Assembly (NCBI GenBank): GCA_944332025.1
Contig: CALVJB010000002.1
Coordinates: 26,566-90,565 of the forward strand
Origin: an uncultured Bacilli bacterium
GTDB taxonomy: Bacteria; Bacillota_I; Bacilli_A; RF39; UBA660
DNA length: 64,000 nt
Reading direction: 5' to 3'
The notes beneath the pieces are model-generated. The model worked only from the letters and a program-made list of their open reading frames with translations, was not told the origin of the DNA and ran no database searches. The position numbers were made by a program, and so were the translations under genes. Positions 47,301-57,302 of this stretch are shown here, one piece after another. Within the stretch, counting starts at the first letter, position 1. The number at the start of each line of letters is the position of its first letter.

Positions 47301-48591
47301 CATAATTCATAGATTTAGCCCAATCTACCATATATGATTTACTACCATCTTCATTTATTTTTTCTTGTATACTTTCATTTTCCCATTCATGGATATACTT
47401 TTGCAAAGCAACTGATAAATCACCTTCAAAATTTGTAGTACCAGCTAAATACTTGTTAAATTCGTTTAATTTTTTATTGTAATAAAGATGATCTAATACA
47501 TCTCTATGTCTTTCAATAAAATAACTAAAACTATTTATACCAATTTTACTTATAAGTTCTTTTATATAATAATTATCATAATTTCTATCATCTATAAAAC
47601 TATGATAATCAATTTTTTTCAAAATATTTAGATTATTAACAATATCTTCATAAGTTAATTGTTTATTATAAAAATGATCTCTTAACTCATCAGGAATATT
47701 AATATCTATTAAGAATATATCATTATTTTCTTTAATAAAATCTTCTGTAAATTGTTTAGGATCTATAACTACATTTGTATTTATTAAATTGTTCCTAATG
47801 TAGTTATAAATTGTATTTTTTATATCTTTAGATTCTACATTACTTAATAAAGGTTTTATTTTGTATTCATCTAAATAACGGTAAAGATGTGTCCCTCCAT
47901 ATCTATTTAAACTTGCTAATTTTTCTATTTCTTGATAATCTTTAAGATTCTCTTTATATAATTTAACAGCTTTTTCTAAACCTAACATTTCTATCATTTT
48001 ATTTGTTGATTTATCACACCTATTAAAGTACTCAAAGCCATTAGAACTTGTATATATTCCTTTCTTGCTTATTTCTTCTATTTGACTATCTGTTAAAGTA
48101 ACAAAATCTTTAGTACTTAAAGTTCTAGTATAATATTTATCTTTAAAATCAAGAGGGAAATTAGAAGATAAAAATATATCTTGATTTTCACTAATAGTCT
48201 TATCATCAAAATATTCTTCTTTTAAACCATAAAATCTTTCTAAGTTTCTTATAGTACAGTTTTTAAAATTAAAATTATTTCCATCAAGTTCTATAATATT
48301 AAAATCTATATTCGCTTTTGTTTTGGAAAAGTCAAGCACATCATTTTGAGTAGCTGCTAAAAATGGTAAATCTCTATATTCTTCAGAAGGTATGTCACTT
48401 AAATCACTTGATAATAATAGATTTTGTAAAGATAAATATTCATTAAAAAACTGTCTTAAAAAATCTTGTTCATTAAAATTAGGATTATTTTCATTACTTT
48501 CCACTATACTTTCTGCTTCTCTATAAATTCTTTGCATTTCTTTTTTTATGCTATTAAATTCTTCTATAGTTAATTTTCTATTGTTATCCAT
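44320..48591 (-). CDS. 1423-aa hypothetical protein with C-terminal Pol-beta-superfamily nucleotidyltransferase motif
   Basis: Long ORF overlapping the xerD start. Encodes IDTGSTGRDTNLPGDGDYDFIM (GS-x9-DxD NTase signature) at about 45025-45075, with a downstream IDIDITF strand. Confidence 0.7.
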   Translation of the reverse strand: MDNNRKLTIEEFNSIKKEMQRIYREAESIVESNENNPNFNEQDFLRQFFNEYLSLQNLLLSSDLSDIPSEEYRDLPFLAATQNDVLDFSKTKANIDFNIIELDGNNFNFKNCTIRNLERFYGLKEEYFDDKTISENQDIFLSSNFPLDFKDKYYTRTLSTKDFVTLTDSQIEEISKKGIYTSSNGFEYFNRCDKSTNKMIEMLGLEKAVKLYKENLKDYQEIEKLASLNRYGGTHLYRYLDEYKIKPLLSNVESKDIKNTIYNYIRNNLINTNVVIDPKQFTEDFIKENNDIFLIDINIPDELRDHFYNKQLTYEDIVNNLNILKKIDYHSFIDDRNYDNYYIKELISKIGINSFSYFIERHRDVLDHLYYNKKLNEFNKYLAGTTNFEGDLSVALQKYIHEWENESIQEKINEDGSKSYMVDWAKSMNYDFVSHYETFEELLNYTDETFIINKRQFDAINALGIKNILEFEKETSIFSSKSFLFGYFLTNIGLDLYIHNNADVIFSVLEYIKSVPKSSISNEVLTEKIFDIFLESKEAKKITAYALQKYGKYIPDLANKNIKIDGNFKVEYNNEIIDFQEFYIKRFGKESFLNLIAKYGICATKLDGEHFDLSSNANSASIEANLCNSVVKKIAKDPKWFFLANLYNELDVNEASKRKFHIYNIIRKYNNEEITNIVKDCIKGNNYDDNKIETLVSIAAKIINSNSSELKNHAKAMLTEIIKSNNPEESFEKVENIFIRNNLPTVGKVFLTFEILHPGLNDFNFSDNSMVSPILKCKSTRGRETIIFSDLIKSSVGSNNRVMREYINNLKNGSYLFNDLATNNISFSDLNKAQQTLLNTFMSHLDTLYYNTKKGYDDVYNQDMNLNEKINFYINNLNIDDKENIGDRLVSMFCHFAGFDSIESLEKAMNDSINKANNRNRERIKENKEILETGDFIKGIGDIRYLSNILQNGSVAKEYLGSDASSDYTPLDTDVSMVNEHLRISDTISSSYSGSLGPIWLVLKNDDRFILTRDKNGEIITSKNINDIMNKLEVFKTYAGPDTYSIRTGFASSNIDYIITANNDNRIGVEIAKNGFYIPVIDKETEKVIFTPNDYDNLRSKMQGLSYYGTSKYNVSSKLETDEIEKIANTLHQSEEENKRNREAINATLKDGLGKVNLGLKNKIDKKLENGTVELIDTGSTGRDTNLPGDGDYDFIMRLDREIISDPVKLENVKDALLKKLGIEHKNEILNGNFRFKNVKIKGIDKPIDIDITFIPKTDKLEYSSDEALKDRYNSIKEQSSDKYNLVLANVIEAKKTLKTAEVYKKQQGGISGIGIENWVLQNGGSFYDAATSFIEASKGKELDEFKDSYAIWDFGENHYADEEGIYRHDNFIDNLTDEGYKKMKQVLSMYLVKEKHKEDLNSLLELNKENNKDITTTVTMSY

Positions 48592-48653
48592 ATTATACTA
48601 CCTCCGTATATTAAAATTATACAACAGTTTTCTTATTTTAAAAAGGCTTGATA

Positions 48654-48682
48654 TTGATTTAGTATCAAAACAGTGTTATAAT
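48654..48682 (+). promoter_or_regulatory. sigma-A-type promoter TTGATT-17-TGtTATAAT
   Basis: Extended -10 upstream of tmcAL; overlaps an inverted repeat TTGATA...TATCAA. Confidence 0.5.
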
Positions 48683-48712
48683 TAATAACAATTTAAGAAA
48701 GGGGTGTTAGTC

Positions 48713-49888
48713 TTGTCTAAACATATAGTTGGTATTATCGCTGAATATAATCCTTTTCATAATGGACATTTATATCATATAGAAAAGGTTAAAGAAATGT
48801 TTCCAGATAGTCCTATTATATTAGTACTAGGCGGTAATTTTACAGAAAGAGGAGATATATCAATATTAGATAAATGGGAGAAAACTGCAATTGCTATTAA
48901 AAATGGAATAGATTTAGTAGTAGAACTTCCCTTTCCTTTCTCTTGTTCATCAGCAGATATCTTTGCAAAAGGTTCTCTTGATATTTTAAACTATTTAGGA
49001 GTTACTGATTTAGTATTTGGTAGTGAATCTGATGATATAGAAGGTATTAAAAAATTAGTAGAGACTGAGCTTTCTAACCCTGATTTTGATAATTTAGTAC
49101 AAGTTTATTTAAGAATGGGTTATAACTACCCTACTTCATTATCTAAAGCTTTAGAAGATATAACAGGTAATTGTTTTAAATTACCTAATGATATTTTAGG
49201 CATTAGTTATGTAAAAGCAATTTACTCTAATAATTATAAAATAACATCTCATACTATTAAAAGAACTAATGATTATCATAGTAAAGAATTAGATAATATG
49301 AGCATAAGGAGTATATCCAGTGCAACAAGTATAAGAGAAGCTTTACTAAATAATAAAGATATTAAAGACAGTGTATCTTCTATTACTTATAGTTATTTAA
49401 AAGATAAGAAGATACCTAAGTTAGATGATTATTTTAATCTCTTAAAGTATAAAATAATAAGTTGTAATGATTTAACTATCTATAATCTAGTAGATAGTGG
49501 TATTGCTACTAAACTAAAAAAAGAAATACTTAATAGTTATAGTTTTGATGAACTTATTAATAAAGTTAAAAGTAAGAACCTAACCTACTCTAGACTTTCT
49601 AGGACTTTAATTTATATATTATGTGATTATACTAAAGATATGGCTAAAGAGTTTAAAGATATTAAATATATTAGATTACTTGGTTTTTCTAATAAAGGAA
49701 GAGATTATTTAAATAAGATAAAGAAAGCTGTAGATATACCTATTATTAGTAAATTTACAAGAGAAAAAGATAAGATGTTAGAATATGAATACAAAATCAC
49801 AAAGATATATTCTTTAGCATTTGATAAAGATAAGGCTAAAAGCTTAATAGAAGCTTATTATAAGATGAAACCTATAAGGGAGGAATAA
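48713..49888 (+). CDS. tmcAL: tRNA(Met) cytidine acetate ligase (YlbM/TmcAL family)
   Basis: GIIAEYNPFHNGHLYH HIGH-like motif of the YlbM family. TTG at 48713 fits the RBS AAAGGGG; ORF track starts at GTG 48704. Confidence 0.75.
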   Translation: MSKHIVGIIAEYNPFHNGHLYHIEKVKEMFPDSPIILVLGGNFTERGDISILDKWEKTAIAIKNGIDLVVELPFPFSCSSADIFAKGSLDILNYLGVTDLVFGSESDDIEGIKKLVETELSNPDFDNLVQVYLRMGYNYPTSLSKALEDITGNCFKLPNDILGISYVKAIYSNNYKITSHTIKRTNDYHSKELDNMSIRSISSATSIREALLNNKDIKDSVSSITYSYLKDKKIPKLDDYFNLLKYKIISCNDLTIYNLVDSGIATKLKKEILNSYSFDELINKVKSKNLTYSRLSRTLIYILCDYTKDMAKEFKDIKYIRLLGFSNKGRDYLNKIKKAVDIPIISKFTREKDKMLEYEYKITKIYSLAFDKDKAKSLIEAYYKMKPIREE

Positions 49889-49891
49889 GAT

Positions 49892-50581
49892 ATGAATAAT
49901 ATGGTTAAAACAAAGAAACAAGGGCTTTTAATAGTTATTTCAGGGCCTTCTGGTTGTGGTAAGAATAGTATTATTAATGAATTATTAAAGATAAGAAAGA
50001 ATACTTGGGTATCTATTTCGTGTACTAGTAGAGAACCAAGAGGTGAAGAAAAAGATGGTATTAACTATTATTTCTTATCTAAAGAAGAGTTTGAAGAAGA
50101 TATTAATAATGATGAATTCTTAGAATATGCAGAATACTCTGGTAATTACTATGGTACTCCTAAGAAATATATCAAAGAACATTTAGATAATGGTGAAGAT
50201 GTAATTCTTGAAATAGAGATTCAAGGAGCTTTAAAGATTAAAGAAAAGTTAGACGAGACTGTCTTTATCTTTATAATGCCACCTACTATGAATGAGTTAA
50301 AAAGAAGACTTATTAATAGAAAGACTGATAGTTTAGATAAAATAGAAAAAAGGTTTAAAAGAGCCTATGAAGAGATAAATGAAATACCTAAATATAACTA
50401 TGTAGTTGTTAATGATGATTTAGATAAGGCAGTTAAAAAGGTTGATGCTATATTAGAAGCTGAAAAGTGTAGAGTTGATAGAATTGAAGAAGTTTATCTA
50501 GACAGTAAAGAAGAAAAAATCCATGAAGCTTTACTTGATGATGTTAAGGAATTTGATAATTCTAAAATAGAAATAAAATAA
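49892..50581 (+). CDS. gmk: guanylate kinase
   Basis: ISGPSGCGKNS P-loop, YYF, YxxxE motifs; 229 aa. Confidence 0.9.
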   Translation: MNNMVKTKKQGLLIVISGPSGCGKNSIINELLKIRKNTWVSISCTSREPRGEEKDGINYYFLSKEEFEEDINNDEFLEYAEYSGNYYGTPKKYIKEHLDNGEDVILEIEIQGALKIKEKLDETVFIFIMPPTMNELKRRLINRKTDSLDKIEKRFKRAYEEINEIPKYNYVVVNDDLDKAVKKVDAILEAEKCRVDRIEEVYLDSKEEKIHEALLDDVKEFDNSKIEIK

Positions 50582-50613
50582 GAGATGATATTTGTTTATT
50601 AATCATCTCTTTT
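50581..50613. terminator. bidirectional rho-independent terminator
   Basis: AGAGATGAT / ATCATCTCT stem, U-runs on both strands. Lies between convergent gmk and the S51 peptidase gene. Confidence 0.7.
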
Positions 50614-50617
50614 GGTA

Positions 50618-51352
50618 TTAATTTTTTATACAAAAACTTTTTCCTTCATCACATATCTCTTTAATTAAACCATCTTTTATTAAATAGGATTTCCCATAAA
50701 CAGTAATAGTTCCACCAACTTCTAGTATATGAGATCCATCACATAAAGCATAAATTGTTCTTTTTTTAGACTCGTTTATTATATGATTTCTTTGATATAA
50801 TTGCATTTCATCAAAATCTTTAGTATCTAAAACAAAATGTGGTTCAATATTAATATTACTTAATCCTAATCCCTCAAAATAAATAGGTTCAGAATTTTCT
50901 CCTTCTTCTGGACTATTATAAACGGAATTAGCCATATTTATAGAACCAGCACTTTGACCAATAATAATGCCATTATAATTATGTAACAATTCTTTTAATT
51001 TTATTTCTTCAAAGAATTTATTCTCTATAAAAGTGTCTCCACCACTTAAAAAGATAACATTAACTTTACTTATATATTCACTTGCTTTATCTTTTGTTCT
51101 ATTATCTAGAACTAAATAGTCAGAAAAGGTAATATTAGATAGTTTAAAAGCTTCAAATATCAATGATGAATAACTATCTATTTTTTCATAGTCATTTGGA
51201 TCTGATGCTATGTATAATATTGAATGATTCTTATTTATTAATTTTTTAATTTGATCTACTATTCCATTAGTATTATCTATTTCTTTAGGTAACTTCATAT
51301 CATTATCTTTATAATAATGTTTTGTATTACTAGTAAAAAATAACTTTTTCAT
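50618..51352 (-). CDS. peptidase S51 (dipeptidase E-like)
   Basis: FLSGGDT and GQSAGS motifs of the S51/class I GATase-like fold; 244 aa. Confidence 0.7.
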   Translation of the reverse strand: MKKLFFTSNTKHYYKDNDMKLPKEIDNTNGIVDQIKKLINKNHSILYIASDPNDYEKIDSYSSLIFEAFKLSNITFSDYLVLDNRTKDKASEYISKVNVIFLSGGDTFIENKFFEEIKLKELLHNYNGIIIGQSAGSINMANSVYNSPEEGENSEPIYFEGLGLSNINIEPHFVLDTKDFDEMQLYQRNHIINESKKRTIYALCDGSHILEVGGTITVYGKSYLIKDGLIKEICDEGKSFCIKN

Positions 51353-51427
51353 AGCGGCCTCCTCATATTTATTATAATTATATAATTCTTATAAAGGAAA
51401 AGCAAGGAATAAAATCCTCGCTTATTT

Positions 51428-52837
51428 TTATATTTCTTCAATCTTCATTAAGTTAGTAATTCTCTTAGTTTCTGTATTAGGGAAACCTCCAGTAATTACA
51501 ATTAAATCTCCTTCATTAAGTTCCATAAACTCTTTAGCTTTCTCTACACTCCTAGTTAATACTTCATCAGTTGTATCTAAGAATGGTAATGTTCCAGCAT
51601 AAACACCCCAGTTTAAAGCTAAACGTCTACCAGTTTTCTCATCAGTACATAAAGCAAGTATTGGAGCATCTGGTTTTAAGTTACTAATTACTCTTGCAGT
51701 TCTACCACTAATAGTAGCAGCACAGATTAATTTAGCACCAAGTGCATCTGTACTAAGTACAACATTAGAGGCAATAGATTTAGTAATGTTGTCTAGGCTT
51801 TCGATATCAAAAGCATAATCAAAACTTGCATATTTTTCAGTAGTTTCACAAATACTAGCCATAGCAGCAACTGTTTCTATTGGATGTTTTCCTACAGTAG
51901 TTTCACCACTTAACATAACAGCATCTGTACCATCTAATACTGCATTAGCAATATCACTAGTTTCTGCTCTTTTTGGACGGATATTATCCATCATTGTCTC
52001 AAGCATTTCAGTAGCAACAATAGATATTTTTCCAAGTCTTCTACAAGTATTAATCATTTGTTTTTGATAGATTGGAACCATTTCACTAGGTACTTCAGTA
52101 CCAAGGTCACCACGTGCTACCATAACACCATCACTAACACTTAAGATATCTTCTAAGTTTTCAATACCTAAAGCACTCTCAATCTTACAAATAATTTGTA
52201 AGTCTTCTCTATTATGTTCTTTTAAGATTTCTTTAACTTCTAATACATCTTCTTTAGTAGAAACAAAAGATAAAGCTAAGAATTCTCCACCATGTTCACA
52301 TGCATAGATGATATCTTCACGATCTACATCACTAACATATGGAATATTAAGTTTAATACCAGGAACACTCATACTCTTACGGTTTCCTAAAGTACCACCG
52401 CTTATAATCTTACATGTAACTCTATCTTCATACTTAGCGATAACTTCAAGTTTCATCTTAGCATTCTCTAATAAGATAATATCACCAACATTAAGAGAAT
52501 CAATAGCACTAGGATGATTAACAGAAAATCTCTCTTTAGTACCTGTAACAGTCTCTTTAACTATATCAATAGTTTCACCTGGAACAAGTTCAATAGAATC
52601 ATTTTCCATAACTCCACATCTAAATTCAGGACCTTTAGTATCCCAAAGAATAGCAACATTCATACCAGTTCTTTTTCTAACTTCACGAACTGAGGCACAT
52701 GCTTTCTCTCTTTCTTCTATAGTAGCATGAGAAAAGTTAATTCTTGCTACATTCATTCCTGCTCTAACCATTTTTTCCATAACATCAGGTTCATTACTAG
52801 CAGGACCTATACTACAAACAATCTTTGTCTTTTTCAT
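51428..52837 (-). CDS. pyk: pyruvate kinase
   Basis: 469 aa; MVARGDLGTE and TKGPEFR motifs. Confidence 0.95.
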   Translation of the reverse strand: MKKTKIVCSIGPASNEPDVMEKMVRAGMNVARINFSHATIEEREKACASVREVRKRTGMNVAILWDTKGPEFRCGVMENDSIELVPGETIDIVKETVTGTKERFSVNHPSAIDSLNVGDIILLENAKMKLEVIAKYEDRVTCKIISGGTLGNRKSMSVPGIKLNIPYVSDVDREDIIYACEHGGEFLALSFVSTKEDVLEVKEILKEHNREDLQIICKIESALGIENLEDILSVSDGVMVARGDLGTEVPSEMVPIYQKQMINTCRRLGKISIVATEMLETMMDNIRPKRAETSDIANAVLDGTDAVMLSGETTVGKHPIETVAAMASICETTEKYASFDYAFDIESLDNITKSIASNVVLSTDALGAKLICAATISGRTARVISNLKPDAPILALCTDEKTGRRLALNWGVYAGTLPFLDTTDEVLTRSVEKAKEFMELNEGDLIVITGGFPNTETKRITNLMKIEEI

Positions 52838-53037
52838 TATTTACTTCACTCCTTCTAATCAAGCTATATAATTATAGCATAGTTTTATTAAAATTAAAAG
52901 AGTATTTTTCTTAAATCATATTACGAAAATTCGTAACTAATTTATTACATTTTTTCTTGCTATAGAGAAATTAATATGATACTATTTATATAGAGAACAT
53001 TTAATGGTTGGGTGGGCCTCAGAAAGGAGGCTAATAT

Positions 53038-53130
53038 ATGAACAAGAAAGATTGCTTAATTTCTTCCTTAATCATCATATTATTTCTTCAAAATCTCATA
53101 TTTTTATTCATGATACTTGCTTTAATATAG
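53038..53130 (+). CDS. 30-aa hydrophobic peptide (MNKKDCLISSLIIILFLQNLIFLFMILALI)
   Basis: Not in the ORF track. AAAGGAGG-7 nt-ATG; followed by a GAACCACCT/AGGTGGTTC hairpin. Confidence 0.4.
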   Translation: MNKKDCLISSLIIILFLQNLIFLFMILALI

Positions 53131-53289
53131 AAGAAACCACCTAGCTCAGCAATGATTTAGGTGGTTCTTAACATAATTTTATTATTCGAGGCCACTCAAC
53201 ATGCCATTATTAAGTGTTCTCTCTTTTTTATTTTATGTAAATTTCTTTTACATATTCATGGTATCATACATATTAACTTTTGTCAAAAA

Positions 53290-54108
53290 TTATTTTTGGC
53301 ATTTAGGACAATAGTAAGTTCCTCTACCTCCTACTTTAGTAACAATAAGTTTCTCTCCACAATTAGGACAAATACCATCTTTTTTACCGTGAACAGATAG
53401 TTCATTTTGAAATAAGCCGTGTACTCCTTCTGCCGATGTAAAACTCTTAATAGTAGTGCCTCCCATAGTCACAGCTTTATCTAATATTATTTTCGTATTT
53501 TTAATAATAGCATCCGCTTCATCTATATTAATACTATCTGCTTTCCTTAAAGGGTTAATATGACTTGCAAATAGAATTTCATCATCATAAATATTACCAA
53601 TACCTGTAATAATTGACTGATCAAGTAAAGCTGTTTTAATAGGCACTTTCTTTTTTCTTAAAGCCTCTAACAAATAACTAGGTGTTAGGCTCTTATCATA
53701 GTACTCTAACCCTAAATCAGAAAGTGGTTTTAAATTATAAATTTGTTCTTTTGGTAAACATGCCATTTTTCCAAACTTTCTAACATCATTAAATCTCATA
53801 TCTGTATTATCAGTAAAAGTAATAATAACGTGTTCATGTTTTTCTTTAGGTACACTAGGATCTCTAAAGAAGAACTTTCCTTCCATTCTTAAATGACATA
53901 TTAAAGCTTTAGTTGTAAGAAAGATAACTATCCATTTACCTCTTGTAGTAATAGATTCTATTTTCTCACCAACTAAATCTTTTTTAAATTCATCTTTATC
54001 ACCTATAATTATATTATCCCAGTATACATCTACTTTCTTAATAGTTTTACCTATAATAATCTTTTCTAATGTCTTACTTACTGTAATTACTTCTGGTTTT
54101 TCGGGCAT
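53290..54108 (-). CDS. mutM: formamidopyrimidine-DNA glycosylase
   Basis: MPEKPEV N-terminus (catalytic Pro2), C-terminal CxxC...CxxC zinc finger; 272 aa. Confidence 0.9.
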   Translation of the reverse strand: MPEKPEVITVSKTLEKIIIGKTIKKVDVYWDNIIIGDKDEFKKDLVGEKIESITTRGKWIVIFLTTKALICHLRMEGKFFFRDPSVPKEKHEHVIITFTDNTDMRFNDVRKFGKMACLPKEQIYNLKPLSDLGLEYYDKSLTPSYLLEALRKKKVPIKTALLDQSIITGIGNIYDDEILFASHINPLRKADSINIDEADAIIKNTKIILDKAVTMGGTTIKSFTSAEGVHGLFQNELSVHGKKDGICPNCGEKLIVTKVGGRGTYYCPKCQK

Positions 54109-54110
54109 TG

Positions 54111-54605
54111 TTAATCACTTCTTTCATTTCCTAAATCTAATTTGTATAATCGTTCTATCCTTTGCTCTTTTTTAAAGGTATCAACTTCTTCTATAGAAGT
54201 CCAACCAAATTTCTCATATAAACCTATATGTTTTGTATATAGAAATATCTCATCAAAGTTAACATTTTCTTTAGCATTGTCAAATACACTTTCTAGTAAT
54301 TCTCTTCCATATCCTTTACCTCTATATTTCTCATCTATATAAACATTGGCAAGCCAAGGATAAATATCTGGTCTAACACTTAAGTCATCATAAGTAAATT
54401 GATACATACCAATAATTTTATTATCTAAAAACAAGCCATAAGTTTGAGGTAATCTATTTTCTTCCATACTATGTTTCATAAAACATTTAACTGCTTCTAA
54501 ACTATATCCATCACGTTTGCCCCACCAATTATACATCCATTCAGTTAATTTATCTAATGTTTCATTATCAACATTTACTAATTTTCTAACTTCCAAATTT
54601 TCCAT
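54111..54605 (-). CDS. GNAT-family N-acetyltransferase
   Basis: Acetyl-CoA-binding YRGKGYGRELL motif; 164 aa. Confidence 0.7.
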   Translation of the reverse strand: MENLEVRKLVNVDNETLDKLTEWMYNWWGKRDGYSLEAVKCFMKHSMEENRLPQTYGLFLDNKIIGMYQFTYDDLSVRPDIYPWLANVYIDEKYRGKGYGRELLESVFDNAKENVNFDEIFLYTKHIGLYEKFGWTSIEEVDTFKKEQRIERLYKLDLGNERSD

Positions 54606-54617
54606 TTAAAACTTCTC

Positions 54618-57248
54618 CTACTTAGCTTCATACCAGTCATTACCTGTTTCAATATCTACTTTTAAAGGAACATCTAACTTAATAACATTTTCCATCTTAT
54701 CTCTTACTAACTCTTTAACTTCATCTAACTCATCTTTATAAACGTTTAAAACAAGTTCATCGTGTACTTGAATAAGTATTTTACTCTTTAAATTTCTTTT
54801 AGTCATATCACTATATAAGTCTACCATCGCTTTTTTAAGGATATCAGCAGCACTACCTTGAATAGGAGTATTAAGAGCCATTCTCTCTCCTCCACTTCTA
54901 ACCATATAATTACTACTCTTTAACTCATCAATAACTCTTCTTCTATTCATAATAGTAGTAACATAACCATTTTTATAAGCTTCCCTTTTCTCTTTATCCA
55001 TATATTCACTAATACCCGGATAAGTCTCTAAATAGTTATCCATAAACTTCTTAGCACTACCTACATCTATTTTTAAATCTTCTGATAGACCAAAACTACT
55101 AATGCCATAAAGAATTCCAAAATTAACGGCTTTTGCAGTTCTTCTCATGGATTTATCTACATCTTTAATATCTACTTTAAAAATATCACTAGCAGTCTTA
55201 GAATGGATATCTTTATCTTCTTTAAAGGCTTGAATTAAGTTAGTCGCTTTAGATAGTGAAGCAAAGACTCTAAGTTCTATTTGCGAATAATCAGAACTCA
55301 TAATAATAGATTTATCTTCAGGTATAAAAGCTTTTCTAATTAATCTTGAATAATCACTTCTAATAGGAATATTTTGTAAGTTAGGCTCAGTTGATGATAG
55401 TCTTCCTGTTCTAGTTAAACATTGATTAAAGATAGTATGAACTTTACCATCATCTTTTATCTTATCTAAAAGTCCAACTACATAGTTAGCATATAACTTA
55501 GTAAGCATCCTATATTCTAATACTTTATTTACTATAGGATGATATGGACTTACTTTATCTAAAATATCTCTACCAGTAGAGTAACTAGTCTCATCTTTTT
55601 TTCTCTTTTTAGGATAAGGTAGTTCTAACTTTATAAATAAGACTTCACCTAATTGTTTAGGAGAACTAATATTAAACTCACATCCAGCATCATTATATAT
55701 GTCTTCTTCCATATCTTTTATCTTTACTTCTAACTCATCTTTTAGTTTTAATAAGTAATCTTTATCTACTCTAATACCAGTAAGTTCCATATCGATAAGG
55801 ACATATGCTAAAGGCATCTCTATTTCACTAAATAATTTAGTCTCACCATATTCATCAATTTTAAGTAGAAAATCACTTTTAGTATTATAGATAAAACTAC
55901 TCTTTAAGTTACACTGTTTAATTGTTTCTTCAAGTTCTACTTTCTTTCTTCTCTTAAGTGTTCCATAAGTATCTTCAAAGGACTTAATCTCTACCTTTAA
56001 ATCATTCATTAAAGTAGTAATATCATCATTCATTTTATAGTCTAAAAGGTAAGATGCAATCATGGCGTCATAGTTACAGTTATTTAATTTTATACCTAGT
56101 TTATTTAATAGAATATAACACTTCTTAACATCATATGTAGATTTAGGAGTATCATTTTCAAATAATTCTCTATAATTAACAACATCTTCTCCTTTTATAA
56201 AACAAGTCCCACTATCATTTGTAAAACTAACTCCTATAATAACTGACTCATTATAGTTATAAGCATCCATTTCTATATAAAAGGAATAATCTTTACTACT
56301 ATCAAAGTCTTTAACATCTACTTCTTTTACTTGTATTTTTTTATCATCACTATTACTGTCATTATCATCTAAAGTATTACTATCAATACTATTAACTTTT
56401 TTTAGTAAAGATTTAAACTCTAATTCTTCTAGAATTTCTATATATTCTTTTCTATTAAATCCTTTGTATTTACAATCTTCTAAGCTAAATGGAATATCTA
56501 CATTTCTATATATAGTTGCAAGATCATAACTCATATAAGCATTCTCTTTATCATCTATTAATTTCTCCTTAGTCTTTGGAGTTAACTCATCTACATGAGC
56601 ATATAAATTATCTAAAGTCTTATATTTTTCTAATAGATTAATTGCAGTTTTCTCACCAATTCCTCTAACACCAGGTATATGATCAGACATATCTCCCATT
56701 AAAGCTTTAAGATCAATCATATTAATAGGTTCTACTTTATAAAATTCTTTAAATACTTCTCTATTAAATCTAATAAAACCTTTAGTCTTCAATAGTTTTA
56801 CATCTACTTCATCACTGATTAACTGTAATAAATCTTTATCACTAGAGATAATTGTAGCGATAAACTCATCTTCTTCATCTACTCTTTTTGCAAGAGTACC
56901 AATAATATCATCCGCTTCATAATTATCTATTTCAAAATGTTTAATACCTAAAGCATCAAGAACTTCCTTAGCTTTAGGAAACTGTAATCTTAAGTCATCT
57001 GGCATTTCTTTACGTCCTGCTTTATATGAATCATATTTATCATGTCTAAAAGTCTTACCTTTATCGAAAGCAACCATAATATAGCTAGGTTTCTCTTCTT
57101 CAATAATTTTATTCATCATATTAATAAAACCATATAGACCATTAGTAGGAAAACCTTTAGAATTTCTCATAATAACTCCACTATAACTAGTAGCATAGTA
57201 ACTCCTAAATAAAAGATTATTTCCATCAACTAATATTATTTTTTTCAT
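54618..57248 (-). CDS. polA: DNA polymerase I
   Basis: 876 aa. 5-prime nuclease N-terminus, pol motifs A (DYSQIELR) and B (RRTAKAVNFGILYG), QVHDELV. Confidence 0.95.
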   Translation of the reverse strand: MKKIILVDGNNLLFRSYYATSYSGVIMRNSKGFPTNGLYGFINMMNKIIEEEKPSYIMVAFDKGKTFRHDKYDSYKAGRKEMPDDLRLQFPKAKEVLDALGIKHFEIDNYEADDIIGTLAKRVDEEDEFIATIISSDKDLLQLISDEVDVKLLKTKGFIRFNREVFKEFYKVEPINMIDLKALMGDMSDHIPGVRGIGEKTAINLLEKYKTLDNLYAHVDELTPKTKEKLIDDKENAYMSYDLATIYRNVDIPFSLEDCKYKGFNRKEYIEILEELEFKSLLKKVNSIDSNTLDDNDSNSDDKKIQVKEVDVKDFDSSKDYSFYIEMDAYNYNESVIIGVSFTNDSGTCFIKGEDVVNYRELFENDTPKSTYDVKKCYILLNKLGIKLNNCNYDAMIASYLLDYKMNDDITTLMNDLKVEIKSFEDTYGTLKRRKKVELEETIKQCNLKSSFIYNTKSDFLLKIDEYGETKLFSEIEMPLAYVLIDMELTGIRVDKDYLLKLKDELEVKIKDMEEDIYNDAGCEFNISSPKQLGEVLFIKLELPYPKKRKKDETSYSTGRDILDKVSPYHPIVNKVLEYRMLTKLYANYVVGLLDKIKDDGKVHTIFNQCLTRTGRLSSTEPNLQNIPIRSDYSRLIRKAFIPEDKSIIMSSDYSQIELRVFASLSKATNLIQAFKEDKDIHSKTASDIFKVDIKDVDKSMRRTAKAVNFGILYGISSFGLSEDLKIDVGSAKKFMDNYLETYPGISEYMDKEKREAYKNGYVTTIMNRRRVIDELKSSNYMVRSGGERMALNTPIQGSAADILKKAMVDLYSDMTKRNLKSKILIQVHDELVLNVYKDELDEVKELVRDKMENVIKLDVPLKVDIETGNDWYEAK

Positions 57249-57302
57249 ATCTAACCACTCTTTCTTTATTTATTGTACCACACTACTAGGGAGTTTTTAA
57301 AA

